Below are positions 26,163 through 40,586 of a DNA stretch of 64,000 bases, in pieces (the stretch's first letter is position 1; the number at the start of each line of letters is the position of its first letter). The notes under the pieces were generated by a model. That model saw nothing but the letters and a program-made list of their open reading frames with translations, was not told the DNA's origin and made no database searches. A program made the position numbers and the translations under genes. The stretch comes from Vermamoeba vermiformis (taxonomy: Eukaryota): NCBI GenBank assembly GCA_045837725.1, contig JBEWZL010000246.1, positions 62,001 to 126,000 on the forward strand, written 5' to 3'.

Positions 26163-28382
26163 TTAGCCTCGCAACGATGGATCCAACGTGCGGTACATTT
26201 GCAGGATTTTTTCGTTGTCGGAGAATGCAAGGCCATGGGGCAACAGTACCTCTTCGTTCGTGAACGATCTGTTTTTCCAGGTCAAATTTTGTCAAGATTA
26301 GAATTTATGGATCTTACTTGGCGACAACGAATAAATGTGTAATGGGATCTATGCATTCTTTGTGAGTTCTGTAGCCGTAGCTCCCGTAATAGCCACCAAC
26401 TCTTTTCGACGTAAGCACAATTCTCAGAATTCCATCGGCGATGTGACTCCATTTGCCGTACACTAATTAATCATATTGTTAGGAAACTTCCTGGAAATTT
26501 AGTATTAATACTTACTCTCATGCTCCGAGGTATGAAAAACTACTTCAGATTTGGGTTTCAATTCGAAAACGCTTCCGGTCCAATTTCTAAAAGTTAATGA
26601 CGAATTTTCGGGCAAGATTCTGTTCAAACCAAGTACATTAACAAGGGATACTAGGGAATTGATTTCAGAACCTTACGTTGGATTTTGCTTCAGCAAGTCG
26701 TAACCTGAAATTTGAGCTTGTAACGCTAACGTCGGACGATGTTTCAAATAATAGTCATTGTTAAGCAAGAGGTCCATCTCTTGGTCTGTTACAACGGAAC
26801 GCGCACCTTTTGCAAGTAAGAATTCGGTGTACCTGTAAAAACGAAGGATTTTAGTTCTAACAACAAAAAAAATAAATTATAATTTATTCTGAGAATTTTT
26901 CGACCGGGGCGGATACTATGGTAATACTCACCATATTGAAGGGTTGATAAAAGAATATCTTAAGATATTAAATTGGTAATTGTCCAAGTAAGAAGGCAGT
27001 GGCAGATTGATGTCTAAAGCAAGAAGTTAATATTCGCTCATCAAATAACGTTAAATTATGTCACCTGCGCCTAATTCTATCAAATAATCAATTAATGATA
27101 GTTTTTGCCGGATATTGTCCTTGTTGAACAACGCGATTGGCAAATAAGGCTTTTTTACGTCAAATATAGCTCCGCATTCGATCAATACAGAAAAAACCTC
27201 TCGCGTTTCTAAAAATGCTGCATATTCTAACGGCGATACCTAAATCATAGCTGTTAGATCCCTATTTAGCTCATTCTTAAATTAATAAACCAACAGAATC
27301 CGGATCTTACTTGTGCCTCGAATTCTGCAGCATGAGGAGGCAATCTGCGCAGAGTGGAGCTACTAATTGTCTTATTTAAATCGTATTGAAATTCTGGGAA
27401 CGATTTTTGGAGTCGGCTGAGTTGGCCAAACAGATCGGTAGCAGGAACGTCCTAATACGTCTTAATATATTGTTAAAAGTTGCGATTATTTCTTACTGAT
27501 ATTCCCCAGCATGCATTTGGCAACGATGATACGTAGAGAAGGCTAAATAGCAAACCTTCTTCAAATTTTTTGAATACGGACATTACAAATTTGACGGTTT
27601 TCTTGCTGGTGATGTTGTCTTTTAAGCAATACTCCGCCAATAATGATAGTAATGCAACTAAGTGCTCGAACTTTGCGGGAAGCTCGATCTCGGCCAAGCA
27701 GATCTATTTGTTTTATGGATGCGGAATTTAGTTCGCTGACTAAGCAGTTTAAACGAATAATTTAATACTTACGTCAACGATATATGTTAACACGTTATGA
27801 GCATCGTGTTCAAAGATCTTTGCGAGCAGATCTTGGCGTTCCACCGGCCCTCTTTGTCTTTGGAGCAGTCCATTCTTCGCGCGCATCGGTTTTATCCGAG
27901 CCAAAACAGTATTATAAGAAGGATTAATCAAAGCAAACGCCAGAAGCTCGGAATTATCTTCTTTGATGGCGCGCTAAAAGAAATTAGTATCTTTCCGAAT
28001 CTGATCTCAAAATAATGATCATATCTACGTACCAAAAATACATGTTCTAGATATACCGTTCGTAGTGGTATTTTTGCACGAGAATGTAACGTCTTACGAC
28101 TGCAGCAATCAAAAATAATTATTCAAAAAATCTATATCTTTGTTAGACAAATAGCTTAATTATAAATACAAACGTGAATGGTATTTAAAACGATCGTCAA
28201 ATTTAGTCTTACGAGGTATTTTCAAGAAACAGGTGTTGTAGCTTCAGATCGTGTGCTAGATTCCCATACATCGATCTGTTGGTTAGCAGCATCGCTGAAA
28301 AATCCAGCAAATCGAAATATTTAGCCACATAATAGAATATATCTTGTGGGAGGTCTGAAAGGTTGGTTTGGTGGTGCTCCAT
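26163..28382 (-). CDS. F-box protein with ankyrin-like repeats, many exons
   Basis: MEHHQTNLSDLPQDIFYYVAKY..LLTNRSMY; SPLEYAAF..VLIECGA, YLIELGA, FLLAKGA ankyrin-like ends; last exon ..DPSLRG*. Confidence 0.6.
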
Positions 28383-28544
28383 TTTGTGATCAAAAGGCGT
28401 AACTTTTCAATACCCTGTACGTCCTTTCGGATGGCTATTAATACAAAAAACGAAACACTGTTTGTGCCTCAAAACGGGACTAAAGAATATTGCTGGCTAA
28501 AAACGTTTTTTTGTGAGCTATGGATTTTTTATTTGGCAGCGAAA

Positions 28545-30645
28545 ATGGAGCACTACCAAATCAGCTTGCTATTTGAATTGCCGACCGAATTATTATTCGA
28601 GCAACTTAAATATTTATCCGTCGATAGCATACGTCGGTTGTATTCTACATCGAAGGCGTGTTCCCATCTCGTGAGCAGTTTTTTTGAATCTCAAAGAAGA
28701 ACCATTAAATATTGTTTAGTGGATGCGGATATTAATATAAAAGCTGATAAGAATCCTCACTATAGTCCACTTGAAGTTATTTCAGAGAGTAAGAAAAACA
28801 AATTAATTATTATTCTCGATTTCAGTTATAGCGCACAGCCTAAATTAATTTTACTTAAATTAGCTAATTTTTTTCAAATTTAACTGTCCTACAATGCGTA
28901 ATGTTAAGTTATTACATTAATAGTAAAAATTAAAAAAAAATTTGGTGCTGCCTGAAATCGGGAAAAAAATATCAAGTCCATTTAATATTAATATGTGACA
29001 TCAGATGCAATTGATCTTGGCTTAAATACGTTTGGAACACAGTTTGCACGATCAAAGAACCTGCGATGCAATCATCGAGCTTTAGCTGCGGTAAATTAAC
29101 TTCGTGATCTCTTGTAATTGGATCCGAATCAACGTTATTCTGACTTATTAATAGTAACTTTCCTTATATAGAGTGATATAGTCTTAATTCCGTTCAGTTG
29201 GTCGACGATCCTTTTTCATGGACCCAAGAAAATTGGTTCTTTGCTCTTCGATTCGTTGCTGAGTGTCTACGTCCTATTAGGCAGCCCTAATATCCATCTT
29301 ATAATTGATGGGACCATGAATAATGATATGCACAAAGAAGGTACGAATTTTTTGGCGACATCCAAGTCAGTTTTAGATCTCAAAATTTAATCGCTGATGA
29401 ATAACCTCTTTTTAACTTCTTATAATTTTTAGCGTATTTATCATGGGTGCCAGAATTATTAGCAGCATTTAGAGCAGTATTGGGCGATAAGGCGTCGCAT
29501 ACAAAAATTATTCCGATCAACAGTCACCAAAAATTCCAATTCAACATTACTGAAAAGGTAAATTTTACATCCTTATATGCATAATATTGGTATGGTAATA
29601 TTAATATCCAATCGTATAACTTATAAAGTTGAAAGTCAGACAAATCCGCAAAAAATTCTGATCCACATCATTTTTAGAGTTACGATTGGTACGATGGCCC
29701 AACTCTTCGCGAATTATTAGAAAATTCAACGAAATTTCGTGCTCCGTACGGTTTAAAAGACATTCTAAGCCCTGCTTCAATGATCCTAATGAATCCTTTT
29801 TTAACAAAACCGTTGGTTTTTAACTTACGTAAGTATACGTTCAATGTTATAAATATACTTATATTATATACAGGTGGTATTAGCGAGAATATAAGACCAT
29901 TACATGGTGCTCTTGGAATCGTTCCGCCGGGTGAATTTGGAGAGTATTTATACGGACCAAAACGACTTCCATATGCTCCCCCAAAAATCATATCAAATGA
30001 TAAAATATCAACTGCTAAGTATGGAAATTGCTATTGCTCATTGACAGTGATCAAAAATCAGTTGCGGCCAAGGTTTTTTAATGAGATCTACATCGCCGGA
30101 TATCGATTTATAATTAGAGTCAATTTAATAGCAAAAGTTAAGGACGGAGAACGTACTCTAGTACTTAGCGCTAATGCAGGTAATATAATAATAAGATATT
30201 ATGGAATTTTAGTGCCTAATTACAAATTTTTTTAGGCGATCAAGTCGAAGCCATCGTTACGTTCATGAAAATTCCCACGATTTGGTCGGTAGAATACCGC
30301 GATACAAATATTCTGCACGAATGTATTCCAAATGAAGGTAACTTAAACATTTTTTAGTCGATCTGCCGGATTTAACTAAGGTATTTTTTGACAGATCCGC
30401 TACACAAGAATATTTTTGGAAAATTCGTGGTTAGAGATCACTGGGAGGTCGTATTAGTAGGAACTATTAAGAAGCGATGCGAGTTAACTCAAACTGAGCG
30501 AGATAAATTCTTCGAGGAAGACACCGTTGAAAATCATGAAAAATTTGGCCGCAATTACCACCGCGACGAAAAATCAAACCGAAAATTGCAGAAAAAACTT
30601 GAGGCAAAAGCGAAAAGATCTACCAATCATCATAAGTTTGTTTAA
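28545..30645 (+). CDS. F-box + degenerate eEF1A-like fold, copy 1
   Basis: F-box LFELPTELLFEQLKYL..LYSTSK; SDIVLIP; KIIPIN..SYDWYDGPTLRELL; GDQVEAIV; FGKFVVRDHWEVVLVGTIKK (eEF1A: WYKGPTLLEAL; LGRFAVRDMRQTVAVGVIK). Confidence 0.72.
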
Positions 30646-31003
30646 TTTTGTCTTTTTATTGCCGTCAAGTTACGAAATAAAATGCATCGAGCGAGATTCC
30701 ATGCTTCATTATCTAACATTACTTTTGCATCCGCACATCGGCATAATTATATTAGGGCTACCGTTATGGCTGAAATTCCCCGAGATAAATAATCTCTGTG
30801 CCACAGTATCCGTTCTTTATGGAATTATTTATTAATTTTGCCGCAAGCAAAGAAGAGAAACAAAGTCAGGATGTGAACTATCTTATTATTTGGCTATTAG
30901 AATTTTCGTCGTATTTATGTTCCTAAAGATTGAAGAATGTGAATCATAGATAGAGAAAATATCAAGGGTTTGCTTGCGATATTTAGTGCTGTGTAACGCA
31001 ACA

Positions 31004-33859
31004 ATGAATAGAGTGGTCTATATATTTATTATCTACGGGCTATTGAGCCATTTGGGACACGCAGGTAATAATTTTAAACAATCGATCGAAAATTTTTACG
31101 TTTAAAAATTACCAATAATTAGTGCATTATGTTTAAATATTACATTTACTATTATACAATTAGTAATTAAAACGGCCAAGATTAATTTATTTTGATTTAA
31201 TTTAATAGGAAGTATCGAATGGCAACAAGTCACCCCAAAGCCCACAAACTTCAATTTTATTGCGTCCTATACATTCAATGGCACCGAAATATTCACTACA
31301 GGACACTCGGCAATCAGTAGCTCGGATTATACAGGTGGAATATTGGTTCGCAACGGTTACAAGTACGAATCTGACGTATCGTGTTTCATAAATTCAAATT
31401 TAACGCTTTAAATAGCTGGGAATATACAGCGTGCTATCCGTATCCAGTTATAACCATCGAGTCTCTCACCTACGTCCCGCATCTGAATAAGATTTTGGGT
31501 GTTGGCGGTGAAAGTGTCGTTACATTTGACCCAAAAAACATTAGCAGCGGTTGCGTGGTTAGCACTATTGATAAAGCGTATCGATTATACGGTATGAATT
31601 CATAACGATCTAAATAAGACTTTTTTTTCAAAAGTTCGTTTTGGATTTGATCCGAACACGATTTTACCCGTCAATTTTTTTAAGGTTATATTGCCCTTTA
31701 ATAAGAATAAGTACCTAATTATTTATTTTCCAGCGATTGCTTCCGGAAACGGCGTTATTCTCGCAGCCAATAGCGATTCGTCTTTATTGTTCAAGTCTAC
31801 TACCGGAACTTATTGGAAGTAAGAAAATCCGCTTATATTATAATAGAAGCATTATATCATAATATAATATATCTATTACTCCAATTTATATTAATGAGTG
31901 ACCTAATTGTTGTTGTAGACAAATTGACAAGTTGCCGTTCAAAGATTTCCGTGGCTTGGTATTCGACGCCACGTACAACAAGTTTATGCTCGGTTCAGTG
32001 AACGGCACATTTGCTTCAGTGAACGGTGAAAACTGGTGGAAACTCGATTCGAACAACAACAATCTGACGTTTACTCAGCTGAAAATTTATGCCAATAAGA
32101 TTATAGGAACTGCGTAAGTAATATTATTATCTTTATAGCTAAGAAATTGTTAGCGCCAAGCGCATCCGCCAAACGTATTTTAATTTTTTTTTTTAGGTAC
32201 TTAAATTCCGACAAGATTTACACTCGCCGAGTATACATTAGTGATAACTCAAATACGACTTTGCATTGGACGGATATTACGCCGATGAATATTAGTAGTT
32301 CCTCCTATTTCAACTTCCCTATGACAACCGAATCCGGATCGACTATTTTTACTTCCTTGCGAACAGATTCATGGTTTGGACCCGGCTTTAATACGTCAAT
32401 TTGGAGAACCGAGGACTTTGGCAATACTTGGCAGCTTGTTTTCAATCAAAACAACAGTTTTGTTCCTGGTACCATTCTGCGATCTGGGTAAGTCAATCAG
32501 ATCTTCGAAATTTCGTGCCGGAAAATATCGCAATATGGTTTATTAGCATGAAGGGAACCACACATTTTTTGTATAGGGTTTTATTAATTAATTTTTAGTT
32601 TTTAATCGAGTTTTTTTTTCCAGTACAAATTTCTAATTTTATCGTTTTACTCAGAAATGAATGGCTGATTGGCGGTCAAAACGGCCGATTAGTCTCAACA
32701 ACTGATTGGACGACATTTACGCCAATATTTCCAACCTACTCGCTGTCAACTGAAACTTTTAACCACGTCGCATTCATTAACGGTCAATTCATTCTTTCTG
32801 GTGCGTATTCAGTGTACCGAAGTGTCGATGGATATTCGTGGGATAAGCTCGTAGATTATGGATTTTATTCGATCACTTATTCATCGATCTCCAAGTTGTA
32901 CATTGGTATTCCTTCTACGGGTATTTATACAAGGTAAAGAATTTATTATAATTCCTAGAAATTAAAAAACCTTTATTTTAACTTTATAGTTATAGCTAAC
33001 TTGAAGTTTACCGGTCTAACAGCGCTATATTTTTTAGCCCGGATCTGAAAAACTGGACAAAAGCAACAATAGAGCAAGATATTCCCAATCGACTATACTT
33101 CACTCGTACACCTCTTCAGACCAAAGAAGGTTATCTTCTCGTCTCAGGTCAAATAGGCGATGTGTTCTATCCAACGGGACTTTGGTTGTCGCAAGACGGT
33201 GGTCAAACTTGGTCAAAACTCCCGCTGAAATTCAGCACGGCTACTTGTGGACAATTTTTAGCTATATTAGGCTATGCTAATAGCACAGTGTACTTATCGT
33301 GCCCAAGTAAGTTTTCGGTTTCGTGGATCCGGCGAAAAAAAAAAAACAAATTTTAAACATTTTCTATTACTGAATAGGCGGCTATTCTGTTACGATGTCA
33401 ACCACGAACATCACTTCAAATAGCTGGCGTCGAGAAAACGACAATTACTACATGTTCTTGACTGGTGGTGCCGGATCCGTTCAAGACACTCTTGTCGCTC
33501 TAACTGACGTAAGAACAGTGCCAACAGATATATATAGCTTTAATACTAAAATTTTATTATTATTGCAGATCTATAGTACAGGCAAACTCTATCAAATTAA
33601 GAATCACAATTGGATCACGACCCAGAAGTTTTACGATCCGAACTGGGACTATAACCTCCTGCCTCGCAACCAATTGTTCGTGAACGGCAAGTTTTGGACA
33701 TTATTCCGCTCAGGACTAGCGTACTCGAGCAGCGATGGCTTGACTTGGACCACAGAAACAGTGAACATGTACGGCATCCGTCACATGACATTCGGCAATG
33801 GTCGTTACGTTGCTGTTGGAGATCTAGGCACGATTTTAGTTGGAAAAGATAATAATTGA
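31004..33859 (+). CDS. Secreted BNR/Asp-box repeat beta-propeller protein
   Basis: Signal MNRVVYIFIIYGLLSHLGHA; repeats TEDFGNTW, SVDGYSW, SQDGGQTW, SSDGLTW; FGNGRYVAVGDLGTIL. Confidence 0.78.
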
Positions 33860-34001
33860 TGTTATAAATAAAAATTGGAGGAAAAGAATTGACTTTACTG
33901 TTTCACTGAACCGTTTGTTCACAGAAAGGCGCCGAATATTTTTTGACCGTTATAAACTACGTATTATTTAGTTTATCTGTAGTGTTAGCACAAAAGTAAT
34001 A

Positions 34002-35061
34002 ATGAACTTATTTGGCTTTTTGTTAATTTGTGCAGCGGATATTTCCGAAAAACTTAAGCTGGCCATGTTGGCGCTTAAGACTTGCACGATCCCTGCCAAC
34101 CGACTTAAAATATTGTTGCAGACGCAAGTAAGTAGTATTATATCATTACTACATGGATCGTTTTATTGGTGCCCATTGTAACAAGAAGGTACAATTGATT
34201 ACTTTGGTGCGGCTTTTATTGACACTGTTGCAGATTTGAATTCCAAATTTAATTTTTTTTAAAGTAACTTGACCATGTTTATATATACGATACTAATAAT
34301 GATTTTAGGGATTCAAAGAAAATTTTGGAATTTTTGGTGCAGTTCAAAGTCTTTACACGGCTGGATTTGGTTCAATTTGGACTGGCGGTTTATTTACTAT
34401 ATCGAAATACTATATGGGAGTATTAATTGCTGCGGTACAAGAGAAAGTAAGAAGGAACCGGATCCATAGTTATTACACGGATGGAGGTGTGCGGCCTTCG
34501 CAACAGTTTTGGCTCTCTTGGCAGTTCCAACTCGTGCTGTCAACATTATTAATGGCACCTATTGACACCTTAATGGCAAGATCGATGTCTTCGTTGCCGA
34601 GTTCTGAATTTTCAAGTTGGAATCTGATTCGCAAGTCTTTTGGATCCGCTGAACAGATTCTATCGCTCTTTAATGGTGTGCCAATTACTCTATTAATGGT
34701 ATATATATATCGCAGCATCCGAAATTCTTGGATCCCGCAGCTCCAACGAAGCGCTAAAGTCACACCCGAAGAGGCTCGTTTATTCGATTATTTGTTAGCC
34801 ATAATTATAAGCGTAATTATATATCCATTGGACACCATCAGACAAAATATGATGCTATCAACGACTATGGATATGAATCCTATGACAGTAACTGCTGATC
34901 TGTTCCTGAAAGGTGGATTTGGTGCATTTTTCGCGGGAATGGGCGTTAAGATTTTCAGCTCATTGCTGTTCTCTTTCATTGAAGGTGGTGCGAGATACTC
35001 TAATGACAGTGGCCGCAAATCTATGGTTGAATACATGAGCTACAATACTTATGGCATTTAA
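34002..35061 (+). CDS. Divergent mitochondrial carrier (SLC25) protein; start uncertain
   Basis: Three carrier repeats with PANRLK, PIDTLM, PLDTIR, each followed by hydrophobic-G segments (SIWTG, SLFNG, AFFAG). Confidence 0.75.
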
Positions 35062-35271
35062 AGGTTGTACCCTGATCCTGAACTAAGTACCGGAAAGAGT
35101 TATGTACTAATATAAGTAAAACATAATATTATCTAGTATTGCCTTAGTATTATAAGACAATCCAAGCTTTTCTCTTCTACAACATAAGACCCCGAAATAT
35201 TTTAACCGAGCGACTAAATTAAAACCGCTCCAATAAACTACACTATCTATCTTTTATACATATTATGTACA

Positions 35272-37210
35272 CTAAGCTGCCATATTTTTGTCTTTGTTTC
35301 CTGGTCTCGTTTCGTTGACTTTTGTTTGACCAAGATCGTTGTCTTTGCTCTCGTTCAGGACGATTACAATATAGATTAAGCAACAAATGCCGATGCCTGC
35401 GAATATCCAAAACGTATTTGAGACTCCAATAGCGTCAACGAGCGATTGAAAAGCCAAAGACAAGGCAATGTTGAGCAGCCATTGAAGCATGTTAATGAAG
35501 CTATTAGCGCCGGCACGCACTTCGTTCGGAAACACTTCATTGACGAGCACCCAGAAATTCGTTCTAAATAATGAACAATCAATAAGATTTAGAAATGGTA
35601 TCGAAGCGCATCCGGATTCAGATCTTACCCAGGACCAGTTTCGAAGCCAAATAAGAACATGCCTATGCCTACAATAGCCACAATACCGTTTGTGAATGGT
35701 TCGGTCGCAAAAAATGAACAAGCAACGATAATCAAGCTGCCGCACATGATGGAGAGGCCTGCAATCATGAGAGGTTTGCGACCAGCACGATCAATCAACA
35801 GCAGTGGGAAGAAGGTCACGAAGAAGTTCCATGCACCTACTACCTATAAACAAAATGTATAAGAAACACCGTAATAAGTAAGAGTAGTATTTTCGTGCGA
35901 ACAGCGGATCTTGCAACGAGAATTTAATTTGGTTTGAGAACGTAAAATCACAATTTGAGTACTAAAATATCGTTGTGTATAATATTGGCTTACTATAGTC
36001 AAAATATCTTCAATATTGAAGCCAGCTCCGGTCAGAATTTTAGGCGCGAAGTAGATGATCGCGTTAACACCTATGATATTAGCGTTAGAATTGCTTGATC
36101 GATATAAACTATGGGATAAAATAAGTACCTGTAAGTTGCAGGGTAATAGCAAGCATAAATCCAAGACCGACAAATTGACGGAACTTTGGTTGAAAGAAGA
36201 TCGCCCAAGATCCGGAATCTTGTTTCGTTTCGTTCAATGAGGCCTCTTCCTTGGCTTTAATCCAAAATGCAGACTCAGGAATGATGCACGATAGTATAAG
36301 AGAGGCGATTCCAAAGACGGCACCAAGACCAAATCCAGTTCTCCAATTCCAGTACCAATCTAAGTCCATTATAAGTCTTTTTATTTGTTAAAATAGGCTG
36401 TAATTGCATACCTCCTGCCATATTTCCTTGATTCAAGCCATATTGAATGACATAGCCAAGGAAGATCCCGAGTGTAACGGCGAGTTGAAATAAAATGCCA
36501 AGTCGACCACGATACTCGAGCTTTGCCATCTCAGATACATACATAGGACATGCTACTGACGCTAGGCCAACAGCTATACGTGTTCAGGTTAGCTATGTTA
36601 TTCCGTTGAACAAATTGACAGATCGGATTTGAAATTGCAACGCGAAGAAATTTTAATTACCGTATCCAAGTATTGCTCTAGCGACGCATAGGACAGCATA
36701 GTGTGGTGAGAACATGGTAAAGATAGACGCACCAATGGTTATTGCGCTCATAATAATCAACGTCTTTTTGCGTCCGATCTTGTCGCAGATAATGCCTAAA
36801 CAAAGATCAGTAAATTCCACTGCCAAATGTATACCAACGATGGAGTATTTAAAAAGAAAGATAATTCCAGGTTTTACCTCCAGTAGCGGATCCAATCGCT
36901 GCACCAACAAGAATACTCGCGGTTAATACTCCCTGGAGAATCGAAGACAGCGAAAATTCTTCTGCTATCGATCCAAGTGCAAGGGCAATGACACCTTATA
37001 TACATATAAATATTGTTAATTTTGTTACAATCTTTTCAAGGCTTGCGATGGATTCGTACCTGTCGTGTAGCCAAAAATCAGGCCGCCGAACGAGTTAACC
37101 AATATAAGTTGCGGTAGATTACTTTTAATAGGCCTAAAAAGTATATCATATTAATACGAGGGGTACTACGACAAAAACAAATCCGCATCTGATCATGGAT
37201 CTACTCACAT
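35272..37210 (-). CDS. MFS sugar porter
   Basis: GGLIFGY, DKIGRK, YVSEMA..RGRLG, WR..PES, LQLTGVNAIIYFAP, DRAGRK, EVFP..R; start codon split by intron 1. Confidence 0.92.
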
Positions 37211-38011
37211 TTTGTTTGATTATCGAAGCGATGCGACTGTTCAGTTATCAAGGTAATTAATTAATGAGAAGGTGAAACGGAGAGCTTTTTACGTGTTTTT
37301 GGATGAAATTCAGGCCCAAACGTTCGTGCACTGAACGTGCTTCTCAACTTTCCTTTTTAGGCAGTTGCAATCTAACAAGGGCCGTTCTGGATCCACCGTC
37401 ACATATTAATTGGTCCCAATATCACTTAGTTTTCTAAAATATATATACGCGTTTGAAACCGAGGAATGCTGCGAGTCAGCTTGATGATTTCGCCGTGCTA
37501 GAAATTTCGTTTCATAAATTTGGAGCTTGACTGAACGATCGCAAAGTGGTTCTAGAAGAAATATCGGAAAGTAATATGCCTGCATTTCTGCAGTTATCCA
37601 AATTTAATTTAATTTGATAGGTGAGTAAATAAAATAAATACTGCCTTAATCTCGTCAGTATCGTATTCCAAAAGCAAAATAATTTACTCACGAAATTATT
37701 AATAATAAATATAAATAATTAACCGAACAGCAGTTTTTAGTCAGATCAAATCTGTATTTAAAAATTTATAAAACCGCTGCAGTGTAGCGACCGACTCTAA
37801 CCATTAAATAATATTTTTAATAATCCTTATACTAACGATATGTATATAGTTACCAGTGCGTGTTTTGCCAGCCGCGGTAGGAGATCTTTGGTAGGTTCTC
37901 GTGCTAGTAGAAATGAAAAGTCATGGATTGGCAAGTATCTACAGTCTAGTTGCCATCGTGTGCATGTTAAGTTTTTTTGGCAATTTAGTTTTCAGACCTC
38001 GCAGGTGCGTC

Positions 38012-40488
38012 TTAATTCTTCCTTCCTTTAAAGCGTTGAATACTCTTCTTAGCGTGCTCATTAGTCGTTACGTGATCTAAGAACAATTCAAGTTGCTTTT
38101 GCTCCGTTGGAAGATTGAATAGGGACGATGCTTGATCCACAACCGTTGCGAACTGATTTAGATCATCTACAGAATGTAGACCGAAATTAATAACGATATC
38201 ATTTTATAAGTTGAAAATTGAGTAATTACCTTTGTAGATATCGAGATTAAATGTTGGAGCGGTAACACTGATGACGCGATCCACTCGTCCAACACCAACA
38301 ATCGAGGTCTTTTCCATCATCATCACTTTGCCTCGATAATTCTTCTCGAATACACTTGGCTTGTAGGTCTCAATTTCGTAGTGAATCAGTGGAAGAAAGA
38401 TTGCTGTCGCTTTTTTGAAGGTCTGTTTCGGCGGTCGAACATAGTTGACTCCACTCTCCGCTTGCAACTTGGCATGAACTTCTTTTCCTTTTTTAACTTG
38501 AACCTCGTGTTCTTTGAGCTGTTTAAAATATTCGCTGGTACGAGGCACGTTGGCTTCTGGTTTTGAAGGCAAAGTAATGTCCAATTTGAGTTTTCTTTCG
38601 GCTCTATCGTGATTTTTTCCGTCAGTCGGGAAGATCCACCACAACAAGCACGGAATACGAGCTGCACCGTAGAATACGTTGTAGATTTGATGTTGTGTGA
38701 ATCGATCTGATTTCATGACGGCAATTTGGGCTCGAAAAGCCATTGTGCAGTTGACCGCCGGAGTCTCTTTATAGTTCACCATGTAGCTGTATCTATTATC
38801 CAAATCAGATGTACTAATGCCTCTTACGTTGAGACCAACAATATCGCCTACCAATCACAAAATCAGATTTCGTTCAAGAGCGCAAAAATTGAAATTTCAA
38901 GTTGGTACCTGGCGTTGCATCTTCTTTTATCTCGTAATATGATTCAATGCTTCTAACTTGAGTAGCAAGTTTTTTCGGATGAATTACGACTGTACTATCA
39001 GGCTTAATAACACCACCTATTGGTTTTAACGTTAGTCAACGGATCTTACTTTGCAGTCAGATTCTGGCTTACTCATGACACGGCCTTCGAGCACTGTACC
39101 AATACCACGGATTTTATGCTTGAATAACATTTGGAACCGTACTGGCGCGTCACAGAGCTTTTTGAATTCTGATTCGTCGAAATTGGTTCGCAGCTGATCT
39201 GCGAGGAGTAATTCGTTCAGTGAAGGACCGCTCCACCACTTGAATGTAGGCACAGATACACCCGGAACGATGTTATTTCCGGTTAATATATCTATTGGCA
39301 CGATTTTGTAGCACAAGCCAACAGTACGATTGAGCAACTTGGCCATCTTAGTCTTGGCTTCGTTGTACACTAAAGCCTCACATTAGTAATCTTTGCAATT
39401 CTCGCGTAACGGACAACGACATACCCTTTTGCAAGCCAAGAGGTTGATACGAAGGATAGTTGTGCAAGTCAATGGCAACAATGACATTGCGGGCACTCAT
39501 CATGAAACAACAACCGAAGATCGTGTCTTTGATGTACTCCGTGTATTCATCGATCTCTTGGGGATCTACAATTAACAAGCACAAGTCCGCCTAAACATAA
39601 AACATGCGTTAAAGAAGATATTGGATCAGCAGAAGTACATCGACCTATACATCTACGCTTATTCGTAAAGCTTAATAGAGGTCCGTAAATTGAATCCGAT
39701 CTGAAAATAATAATATTTCTTGTAATTGTGGGTTAAGGCGGATCAGCCCTACGGATGCTTTTAGACTTACGGTCACAGCGTCGACAAACAACTTTCTTCT
39801 ATATCGGACTTCATTTGGGGATTCAATAAGTATTATTTTTGATGAAGTACGAGGCCCACGCCCAACGATTTTTGTTTGTTTACAAGTGTTACCATCAACT
39901 CTTCGCCAAGTACGAGTCTTTTTGGCAGGAGCTTCATAGGTTATGTTGTACGATAGTAAATGTGACCCTAATATTTTAGTCTTTAACTGCGTGGAAAAAA
40001 GAAACGTACGAGAAACTTCGTTGACCTCATCTGGAAGTTAGAAAGGATAATAATTAGTGCCGTGCCAGTTGAAAAATAACTAATTTTAAATATTTAAAAT
40101 AACTAATTTAAATATTTTAAAACTTACCACATATTGAAGGAGGAGATAAGACCAAAACCTGCATGATGTTGCCACATAGTCGGATCTTCTTTCGATGCTC
40201 AAGAAGGTACTGAGCAAGTGGCCGAATTCGTTGACTAACGCGTACTAAATTTAATAACTGATACCTGCCCAAGTTGTCCATGATTTCGAGCAAGATCTAA
40301 ACGAACGACAAAAAATTAAAATAAAATAAAATCAAAATATTTGTTTAATATTCTGAATATTAGCAACCGTGCTTAAGCCTAAAACGAGCACAGGATATTT
40401 TTGATTCAAAATTAAAGAGCTTCTTAATCAAAAATAAAATACTTACCTCGTTGGGCAATTCATTAAACAACGACGAGTTCTTCTCCAT
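38012..40488 (-). CDS. F-box + degenerate eEF1A-like fold, copy 2 (intact)
   Basis: F-box LFNELPNEILLEIMDNL..LVRVSQRIR; ADLCLLIV; IVPIDILTGNNI..WWSGPSL; domain II KIRGIGTVLEGRVMSGVIKP..VRSIESYYE..ATPGDIVGLNVRGIS; domain III FRAQIAV..IVGVGRV. Confidence 0.85.
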
Positions 40489-40586
40489 TTAATCTTTACT
40501 TCGCTTAATAATAATATTTATCTATTTCTGCACCAAGTTGTGGTCATAACGGCCAAATACAAAATTCAACAAAATTTCGCAGGTAG

